NCBI GenBank assembly: GCA_002633005.1
Contig: NMRA01000274.1
Location: 124,391 to 188,390, forward strand
Direction of reading: 5' to 3'
From: Phoronis australis
Taxonomy: Eukaryota; Animalia; Phoronida
DNA length: 64,000 nt
The notes beneath the pieces are model-generated. The model was not told where the DNA came from. It ran no database searches and worked only from the letters and a program-made list of their open reading frames with translations. Below are positions 54,578-64,000 of the stretch, one piece after another. The stretch's first letter is position 1. Every line of letters begins with the position of its first letter. The position numbers and the translations under genes are program-made.

Positions 54578-55367
54578 AGTAGACTTGAGAGTCCTGTTCT
54601 TAGGTGAAATTGTCAGGGACCTCAATTTTGGGCCCGGATATCAACCCAGTTAACCTGTAACTTTTTAAAAAAATCACGAGAAACAATTCCCATCAGACCC
54701 AAACATTCCCAGAGTTAGAACCACTACTTGGCTACTTGAGACAGTTGCCGATGAGAAGTGGACACCAGGGAGGGAGGGGGCAGCAATCGGTGGAGACCAC
54801 GAAGGGGAGAAAATTTCCCTTCAACCAAAAAATTCCCTTCTCAGAAGGCACAGGCACTTTTCCCTCGCATGAGGGAGGTTTCTGTAAATCCTAAAGGGGG
54901 AAGTATTTATGCATTCTTTCAAATTAACATACAAATAAATACAAGGGCTCCACTGAAATGAGATTGCAGTTGGATACCAAAAGTTGCGAGTAAACAAACA
55001 GAGGAGCTCTGAATAATACCATATTGAATGTTAGTGGTGTCTCACTGAATGAAATAAATCAGCAGTAGCTAGACAAAATAACATTTCAGGTTGAACAAAG
55101 GCCAGAGATTCTACTACTGAAGTTGCCACTAACTGAATCTTTTCTTTTGCACTGTTCCCACTCTACAGGCCTAGAAGTAGTTCATCAATGTGCGTATCTC
55201 GTAAGTTCTCCAACACACACATGATTCATGGAAGAGGGGTTTTCAATTCTGATAAAGCAGAGCAATGAATCAGACTTCACATCGAAGCCAAAGGGAAGTG
55301 ACTCTCCTACATAAAACTGCATAGACACAGGCATCAGAATGCTTACTTATGACTGAAATGTAACTGT

Positions 55368-55473
55368 GATCTGAATAACAACTCGATCTGAATAACAACT
55401 CGATCTAAATAACAACTCGGTCTGAATGACAACTCGATCCGAATAACAACTCGATCTGAATAACAACTCGATC
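55368..55473. repeat. 17-bp minisatellite (GATCTGAATAACAACTC) x about 6
   Basis: Directly visible, with a few substitutions and no spacers. Confidence 0.9.
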
Positions 55474-56349
55474 ATTCTGGGGACTTCAGACAGTCAAACA
55501 AGTGAGTGACAAATGTGATCGCAAATTACTCAATCAGCATTTGCATATATTCCTAAACAACACTGTGAAGGTCAGTACTTCTCATAGTATCGCATAAGAG
55601 TTTCCCTTAACCCCTCGCCAACAGGCAATGACCCTTTGGCCAACTGATATTGATGTCCGACAATGGCAGAGAGGGACGACAAGACTTTCAGAGGAAACAA
55701 ATGCAGATGGGGCTGGCCTGATGTTGAGGTCTAGGCAGCAACCCGTTTCATTACATGGGGAAAAGAGTGAATCTGCAGTGAGTATAGTAATACAAAGGTT
55801 TCTCCTAATCAGTCACCACAGACAATTGTTCTTTGGTCGACTACTAAGATACATGACTTCATTCAATGTCTTTGGGGGACATAGGCTATTCTTGGGCGAA
55901 CCAAGAATATATATCAACAACTTTTTCAAAACACCCTTAAAGCACTTCAACATTTAATCAATGATTTAGCAAGCAATTTAACCCAGTGTTTTGACCCAGA
56001 TAGAGACACAAAGGGAAAGACTGGCTCTATTTTAAAGGTAATTTGTCTGTGCCTTATAAAAAAACAACACAAACAAAAAGTCATGGCAGGTATTATCGGC
56101 ACATTTTGTGAAATACAGTGTCAGAAAAACATGTCTTTAATGTACACAGAATGTATGGCTGTGCTAGACAAGCGTGTGTGGTTATTTGGACAGGCCTACA
56201 ATATGGTCGTGTACTGATAAGAAAGACAAGACAACCGAGGCAGAACACAGCTCCCACAAAAATTGAAGTTGAACGAGTAAATGATTAATAAAATCACTCA
56301 CATCACCCACAGAAATACTTTCCCCTCAACATGCTTACATCAAATGTTA

Positions 56350-56640
56350 AACAAAAATCGCACGTTACCACGTCGTCTACACGTATTTGAAAAAGGCCGA
56401 ATGAATGGGACGTTTCAATTCATTCTTTCATCAGGACGACTAAAGCATCAACTTAACAACCGATAAATCTACAAAAGCGCTCTATAATTTTGGAAATCCC
56501 GCCGGTACTTTCATCATTTGAAACTGCTTATCTGCCCCCCGACGTAAGCAATGCGATCGTGAACATCTGACTGCGTAAGACGCTCACAAATGACCAATCC
56601 ATAGGAGGTCCATCCGCAGAACAAAAATGGCGACCACGTT
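56350..56640 (-). promoter_or_regulatory. Probable main promoter / non-coding first exon region of the E-protein gene
   Basis: CpG-richer stretch with CCAAT (56594-56598), a YY1-type AAAATGGCG (56624-56632) and a candidate donor GTG|gtaacg near 56368. Coding exon 1 has an acceptor, so it needs an upstream exon. Confidence 0.4.
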
Positions 56641-57418
56641 GTCAGTTATCTCTTTAAAATGACCCTGTTTACCTGTTTTCTGTTGATTGCACTTCAAAAA
56701 TTGCCCCAACCGGAGAAAGCTATACTCATGCCGTATATCTCAAACAAGACTTATGAACTTGCCTTGGCTAGTTTACGAGAATATTGCCTCTCAAGTCCCA
56801 CACTATAAGCAATGCATCGCCTTCCTTTGTGAAACGCTTCACTTTATTGACGTCCCAAATATTCATACGCAGTAGACAAAAAATGCCAAATGCGTGGTCT
56901 TCTAGGGATAATATGAAGTTTCGGGTACAAAGAGATAGTAAAAATAAATGGTTGTTGTTTTCCTACATTTGTAAAGAACGTTTGCATTTCTTCAGTGTCT
57001 GGATAGCAAAACTCGTTGCGTAAGAATCATCCGAGACATAAAGTAGTTCCGAGAATCTCCGCTTGCATCTTTGTTGTTGTCTCTTTTTCCGGCAATGTAT
57101 GATTAATAAATTAATGAGCATTGTGTTGAAGTCGCAACTGTTGCTTGTTTTTTGGCTGATTTCATATAAATTCTTTATTGGAGATGTGATGTGTCATTAA
57201 CAAATATTGTTTTTCCAAATATTTAAGTAATTTACCTCAAGAATATTTGCAAATCTTTGCCCGTTGTTGCAACTAGGCCTACTGAAAAGACAACTTTGTA
57301 TAGAAGAGAGTATGACTGACACGAGGAACATGTTATGGACGCCAAAAATCCCAACATTTCCAACTTGATCCTAAAATTTTCCCAAAACGGAGCCCCAATT
57401 AAAGAAAATCTTCCAGAA

Positions 57419-57490
57419 TATGGGTGGCGCACCATATGGGGGTGGGGGGCTGTAGTCCCCCACTCATTTCAGTGCTGCGCCGCTCGATAT
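57419..57490 (-). mobile_element. Short MITE-like repeat, same family as 61192-61280
   Basis: Reverse complement gcggcgcagcactgaaa..gggggactacagcccccc..atggtgcgcc resembles 61192 gcggcgcgacactgaaa..gggggctatagcctcccc..atggtgcacc. Confidence 0.6.
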
Positions 57491-60400
57491 CCGTTTTCTC
57501 CCGCCGACCCATCAGTCTCTCACTAGAGTTCTGGGCTGAAACAGGGTCTGGCTGCCCATCCGCCGAGTTCAGCCTTGGAGTAAAAGTGAGCATCCACATA
57601 CTCTCCTATTGATAATTGCATTTTCATGAATTAAATATTGCAAGATTTTGTCAGATTCACTCGTGTTCTGTGCTTGGGCAAGTGACAATCGAGTAGTGAA
57701 GAAAGTTCGTCGAAAAAGCGAAGTGTTTGTAAACCAGAAACATCCTCACCGATTCAGAGTTTGGATTGAAAAGTGCCTCGTCATTCGTCTAATGCTCTCC
57801 TTTTGAATTGTCGATACACTTGAATGCAAAAGTGAGTCTACTGACTACATTAATTCATAACTCTGGGTGACCAGAAAAAGTCCCCGTGACACTGGACGAA
57901 TATGAGTACCGGTAAAAAAACGAATGAATACAATTGGTCACTAATTTTAAAGGCCAATGTTTGATTCGGACTGAGGAGACTAAAAATTACGCTTTTTACT
58001 TCGTGTAGGCATACGCCTATCACAGATACGCGAGTTTTGGCCACGCTATTCTATTCGAAATACTAAACGTTTCTGAAATGATTCCCACCTTTAGGCACTG
58101 TACACAAAAATTTTACTTGTTTACTTGTACACGCAGGCAAGAGGAATTGTCTTAAAGTGCCATTAAATCCACCAGAACTCTCTGTAAAAAATTAAAATTT
58201 GGTCCATTTTTGTCATATTATAATATATAACTATAATTGTCCAATTTCTTACTTCGTGTTTAAAAGGGATCTTTGGGTTCGAGAATTGATCGAAGGTTCG
58301 TTGTTTCTTGGCATCATGAAAATGCAGCTCGTAAAATTTCGAGCCACGACTGTTCCAGTAAAAACCTTGAAATGTTTCGTCGCGGAGCGAGTTAATAGTA
58401 TTATTTCCTAATGAGATTTTCACGATTGGTATATGCCTAATTCAAAATATACATCAGAATGTATGTCGTGAGTTTGAACACTGTAGTAGAGTTCAGCGGT
58501 TTGAATGATAAGCCATGCCTTGCGGTAACAAAATGAACCACTTCAAAAGATGTTACAACTTGCCTGGAGTGAGACCGCCTTTCCAGTCATTCCACTCAAA
58601 ATCGTGTTTTCTGAAAAGATTTATAACCAATTTCCTTGACTAATCGTTGCGTCCTCTAGCGACTGATTTATTTTGCTGAATTGTCCGCTGGTTTCCAGCT
58701 TACTTCATGGAATTATTCGTGACAGTGCAATGCAGCTAAAATCTTCCGCGTGAATAAATGTATGCGTAAAAGCACGTAGTTCGCTCTTAGACGTGGTGTT
58801 ACGCATGACAAACTAAATTACATGCCTGATTACTCAGGGGAGTGAAGAAATAGAAACGCGGCAGGTTCTCATCTTGTAATGCTGCCGCGCACATAGAATC
58901 CTGACCAACGATAGAGCTGGGAAACCGGAATAGTGGGCACCGTGAAATGGGGTTCTGAGTTGGTCATTTTTTGTTAATATTTCTTTGTATAATTTTTCGT
59001 CTGCAAACAATCATCCACAGTTTTAGTGGTGAAAATTCTTGCAGTGATCACTTCTCTATAATATAACTTGATAATAGCGTCAGAAGGTTCCTTGATTACA
59101 ACAAAAATTTAAGTGAGTCGCCAACTTCACCCCCAAAGTGGGTGGGGTTTTCGTGAAGGAGTTAGATTTTGGCCAGTCAATGTAGCAATTATGGTATTTT
59201 TGTTACGAAGGTGCATTTTATCACATTTGAGATTTCAGCAATGTAACGTGAACAAATAAAAACACTCTTGTGCATTAACAGATTTATTAATACGCAAAAG
59301 TTTTTAACATTTCACGTACAAACCTAACTAATCCGTGCATAATAATAGGGCATTAAAATTCACTGTCACTATCGTTAGTCTTTCGAGACCATCAGCAAAA
59401 CAAAAACATTCTATAATCGTGTTCTACACAACATCTAGGTTACTTCTTATAGTGATACATGACTATACGAAGTCAGGGAACACTTACGTAGGGATGTCTA
59501 TTCTGTCAAAAATACGTAATAACTGGTCATAAAAAATGTTCCTTAGCTGAGACAGCACTACTTTCGTCGCCCGCCCCTCCCCAACTTCCTCCTCGCTACT
59601 TCTTTCGTTTATCCACGGAGGGTAGCGACACCCATGCCATAATATTTATCTTAAATACCTACCCGAGACGCTTCAATAGAAGCCAAGTTATCCCACAAGA
59701 GACGATACATTAGCGAGTTGCCTACCCGAGTTGGCTGACACATGCCTCCAGCGGAACAGCATCCCTTCGGGTGCGATAGAAGAAATGCAACTTTCATTTT
59801 AGCTACCAGTAATCTTAGATAAAGCTAAGCCTACTGGAGATATTTTTTTCTGTAAACACTATCAGAAGATTTCATATTTCTGTTGCAGAGAAATAGGCAG
59901 CGTTTTTACAAAATTAAACAAGTTGGGAAAGATAAACAACAAGTTCCTTCTCGTCGAGGTCACGTGTTTATTGACAAAATTTAAGTAACCGTAACTTTGG
60001 TTAGTCAATATTATTTCTTCTTTATGGAATAAATTAAAACTCCTAGAACTGTTTTTAAACAACAAAGATTGATTGTTGTTTACAAAATATTTGTTTTTGT
60101 TTTTTATGACCGTCGCCCTGGTAGTAGACATATGCACGTTTACTATGGACAACTCTTTACTCACGTTTGTTTTTAAAACTTCGTTATCGAGTTAGGACTA
60201 TCGGAATTGAATTAAAGTGATTTCTGCCACTTCACTTTTATTTTAAAAAACGTCATCAGTCAATCCAGGCAAACGAAAAACGAACTAAATCAGACGCAAC
60301 AATGTTCTTTTAACTTGGCAAAAAAATCTAAAGACAATGTGACATTTTAATTTTTGAATCACTAGTGCTACGAAACAGCCTTTTGTAAACAGTTTGGCTT

Positions 60401-61191
60401 AGGCCACTCAGCGATATAAAACAGGCCCTGATATCTGGGCTGGTGGGAAATAGGCAGTCATCACTGAAGACAATGCTTGGGCAATGCTGGGTCAAGCCAA
60501 CGGGATGACACGCGTCTCAATTATCAATGACGAAGTGCTGCCTATTTCCAATCCAAGAAATCGTTTCTAATTTGAACATAGAACATTTTAAGACCAGTTG
60601 TGTAGCAGTTTAAGTGATTGAAATCAAAAGTAATTCGTGGCAACGAGTTTTAAGCAAAACAAAACTTAAAAAGTGGTTGATTACCATAATTATGTAAACT
60701 GAAACGTTACGTGAAATGACAATTTTTACTCTCTGGTATATTATAAGGACCAGTGCGTGGTTATATCAAACAGTCCCAACTAGGGACTCATGTAAAGTCC
60801 CTTAGTCTTCTGCGCATTTGTGTTTTTGTTTCCTCAGTTATGTTTTGCAGTCAATGTCTTTATTATAAGATTCTCTTTTTACATATGATATTTTCTAATA
60901 ATATATCTGAAAACTGAGCTCTTGTTTTAATGGAAATAAACATAGACTCTAAATTGACGACGTTACATGAAAATTCCCTATTTATTTCTATTCATATTAA
61001 AATCTCAACGCAGAGTCTATTCTCAGTATGTATCAAAGTTACAGCTTATATCAAAATTGACTTTGTAAATGAAGACAAATTGGTATTAGCAAATTCAGTC
61101 AGTGTTTGCACAAGTCCATAAATGCGGTGAAAAGTTCATGAGCATAGTCGAGTCCCTGTTTAGTACTCTTTCATTCAGCAAGACCACATGG

Positions 61192-61280
61192 CATGGGCGG
61201 CGCGACACTGAAAAAAGTAGGGAGGGGGCTATAGCCTCCCCCCCCCCACCAACCCCCTATGGTGCACCCCCCGCCCCCCT
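61192..61280 (+). mobile_element. Short MITE-like repeat
   Basis: Similar to the inverted copy at 57419-57490; has an internal ggggctatagcc hairpin. Confidence 0.6.
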
Positions 61281-61482
61281 CCCCTGCAGGAATCTGTTTC
61301 ACGACAGTGAATAAGAAATTTGGTCTTACTTTTCACGAAACAGGCCGGAGTTCTTTCTTGGAGTCATACGCAGCGCTACCTTTTGGCACTGTAACACCTT
61401 ACAAAAACCTGGAAGTTTTACCAGCCTCAAATCAGTCTCTTTTGAATTCAAAATATTTATTAATAAGCATGTGCATCTTAAG

Positions 61483-61636
61483 CAGTGACGGACTTAGTGG
61501 GGGACCAAGGGGACCATGCCCCCCCTAAAATTCTCCCAGATTACATTTGGGAGTTCGGGGGTGCGAATGTCTGACGGGAAAATCCTGGCTAATACTCTGT
61601 CCTGCCCCCCCAACTCAAAATCCTAGATCCGCCCGT
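61483..61636 (+). mobile_element. MITE with imperfect TIRs (CAGTGACGGA...TAGATCCGCCCG)
   Basis: G/C-run-rich ends, imperfect inverted termini, and a second copy at 8566-8673. Confidence 0.75.
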
Positions 61637-62536
61637 ATACCTATAGTTCATAATATGTTGAACTTGTGATGAAACGATTATTCCCATATAAAAGAGCATA
61701 AATACTCACTAATGAAACATTTGCGACATCCGGTATTTCATAATTATTTAAAGTCTTTTTCTTTTTCAATATAACCAGATTTCTTATTTCACTTTTGCAG
61801 ATATCTCTTGCCAAACGATTACATTTATGTTAACAGTTGATTCACGAGAAATAAATTGTACTCTTTTTGCGTATTTTTCCGTGATTTCCCTGAAAAAGCA
61901 GAGCATTATTAATCCGGCCAGCTGGGCCACTGAATCCAACTTGATAAAAGAAGCATTAAAACTAGAAATGTTCACTTTAATTTCGCAGCGTTGCATCTAA
62001 CTACCGTACCAGATAGAAGCGTATAATTTGAAACCCGATGGAATGACGAAATGCAAATGGTTTGGCTATTGCTAAGCAGTAGATAGCAGGCTCGCACTTA
62101 GCGTAAAATGCTACCTGGCATGGTAGGGACGGAGCGAGTAATAAGTTGTATAAATCCGACGAAGAGAGGAGGAGAGAATGTTCAGTTTGACCGATAGTTT
62201 TTATTCTAGAGGCGTTAATAATATATGGCTAGGCAACCACAGATAATATTCGACCACATCGAACACTGCATAGTGGTCCATCTCACAGCACCTGAGACAG
62301 CATGTGCAAATAGAACTACGAACCCTGAAAAACTGTGAAGGTGCCATAATACAATTTGACTGCCAAATGCGTATCGGTGGCCCCAATGTTATTCTTTTGA
62401 AGCGTGTCTCTAATTATTTAGTAAAATGACTTAAGCGACATAAAATAGGCTATTTCCGCTGACATGGTACTCTAAAATGCTAAGAATTAAATCTCTTTCA
62501 ACAATATATCAATAACATCAGTTTATTTATTTGTAT

Positions 62537-63399
62537 ATTTCGGTAACTACTGTTTCTTTTCTAGCACCCGTAGATGCCGTTAGATCTTTTTCTCCACCTT
62601 CCAAGCGATGATCTTCCCGAAAAATAGTGCGCGTTTTCCCACTGGACGATGTGTTTCATGAATATGCTTCTGACTTTATTCAATGAGCTAAGCTTTATTC
62701 AAAGACACGGCTTTCCGGAAGATGATCTATCTCTGTATGGCAGTAATTCTAATTTGAACGGTGAAATCACGATGGAAGAAATTGACCATTGTCTAAATCA
62801 AATGAAGTGCGGGGAAGCTGCTGTTCCCGACGGGATACCTAATTGAGTTTTACAAGTATGACACTCCCCTTATGAAAGACTTATTCAGCCGATTTCATAA
62901 AGGTGGTTTAAAGTTAAACCTGGTTTAAACAGGACTTAGACCAGGTTTAAAGATAATCTGCATTTCATAAAGGTGTTTCAACTTTTAGACCAGTGGTCTA
63001 GTAAAACCTGGTTTAACTCCAGTTTAGACCTGGTCTAAGTCAGTTTTCANATTTCGGTAACTACTGTTTCTTTTCTAGCACCCGTAGATGCCGTTAGATC
63101 TTTTTCTCCACCTTCCAAGCGATGATATTCCCGAAAAATAGTGCGCGTTTTCCCACTGGACGATGTGTTTCATGAATATGCTTCTGACTTTATTCAATGA
63201 GCTAAGCTTTATTCAAAGACACGGCTTTCCGGAAGATGATCTATCTCTGTATGGCAGTAATTCTAATTTGAACAGTGAAATCACGATGGAAGAAATTGAC
63301 CATTGTCTAAATCAAATGAAGTGCGGGGAAGCTGCTGTTCCCGACGGGATACCTAATTGAGTTTTACAAGTATGACACTCCCCTTATGAAAGACTTATT
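62537..63399. other. Duplication (62537-62885 / 63051-63399) across the single N at 63050; probable uncollapsed haplotypes
   Basis: 349-bp copies with two visible SNPs; the second copy starts immediately after the N. Confidence 0.85.
62886..63049 (+). mobile_element. Palindrome-rich MITE-like insertion, truncated by the N gap
   Basis: Starts CAGCCGATTTCATAAAG; ATTTCATAAAGGTG occurs twice; palindromes TTAGACCTGGTCTAA and AAACCTGGTTT; absent from the duplicate copy at 63399. Confidence 0.7.
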
Positions 63400-63955
63400 G
63401 TTGCGTCTGTTCGCTCATGTGTTTAACTCTGGTGTCTACCCCACCCAGTGGTGTAATGGTGAGATAACACTATTGTTTAAGAATGGGTCAAAGAATGATC
63501 CAAATAACTATTATGGTATCACTCTACTTGACGTGGCAGGCAACGTATTTTCTAAGATACTCTGTAATGGGCAGAAGAAAATGAAACCCTATCGGAATGC
63601 CAAACAGGATTCCGAAAACGTTATTCTACAGTAGACGATATGTCTATTTTGGATACCCTAATTAGCAGAGGCCGTTATTTATTGTCTGTTCATTGATTTT
63701 AAAAAGGCATTTGAATGGACATGTGTTTTAAAATATAAATTGATCGGCCACAATTATCTGGTAAAATATACAAAATATTGGGTGAAATGTATCGTAACAT
63801 GAAGTCGTGTGTCCAGGTAAACCAAAATGGTGAAATCACGGACTATTTTGATTGTGGGGAGTAACACAAGGCTGTCACTTTTCACACTTTTTTATTCTTG
63901 ATATATTTAAGTGATCTTGAACGCGAGTTGAAAACCATTAATGATGCCGGTGTAT
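63160..63955 (+). mobile_element. Decayed non-LTR retrotransposon (LINE) reverse transcriptase fragment; its 5' part is duplicated at about 62646-62885
   Basis: Frameshifted peptides ITMEEI..L..MK.GEAAVPDGIPN/EFYK, SGVYPTQW...ITLLFKNGSKNDPNNYYGITLL, QTGFRKRYST, FIDFKKAF and G.TQGC are typical of non-LTR RT pre-domain and domains 1-4; contains stops and frameshifts. Confidence 0.9.
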
Positions 63956-64000
63956 CAGTGGCGGATCTACGGGGGGGTTCAGGGGGTTTAAACCCCCCCC
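63956..64000 (+). mobile_element. 5' end of a CAGTGGCGGATCTA-type MITE interrupting the LINE
   Basis: CAGTGGCGGATCTACGGGGGGGTTCAGGGGG; the terminus is related to the 61483 element. Confidence 0.6.

Noticed and set aside
55368-55473. CRISPR-like array
   Set aside because: Head-to-tail 17-mers with no unique spacers, in eukaryotic DNA; this is a minisatellite.

Overview
Eukaryotic, AT-rich invertebrate genomic DNA. It is animal, and deuterostome-like judging by the protein, but the species cannot be fixed from sequence alone. None of the listed six-frame ORFs is a real gene, apart from three that are decayed LINE fragments. Most of the window is the 5' half of a large, intron-rich gene on the minus strand: the class I bHLH E-protein (pro-orthologue of TCF3/TCF4/TCF12; daughterless). 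Seven small coding exons with canonical GT-AG boundaries splice in frame into 134 aa: MNLQQDSELNDLLDFSA|MFSPPNHTGDKTSLGYRQ|AVDSGQGPQGTHWNYDPRAGDPRV|MYNTNSYNGHGVDMQPYTNDMPSLI|NKDQQYPRSYQGREGPAQ|GLLLNMSPTGSLSP|GAPPGKYNVAAAKAKAKG. The bHLH part lies beyond the left edge of the window. The introns hold three candidate alternative first coding exons that would remove activation domain AD1. One of them (MFYYRPYQ) sits at the position and phase of the vertebrate HEBAlt/TCF4-A exon and carries a WRPW-class tetrapeptide. The introns also contain dense E-box clusters, CTCF- and X-box-like sites, several MITE/hAT-like elements, and a length-polymorphic sense-strand CTG repeat. Two single-N joins are flanked by duplicated, probably allelic, sequence. 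One of these shows a presence/absence MITE insertion inside a decayed LINE RT fragment. All regulatory and isoform calls are hypotheses from sequence only.
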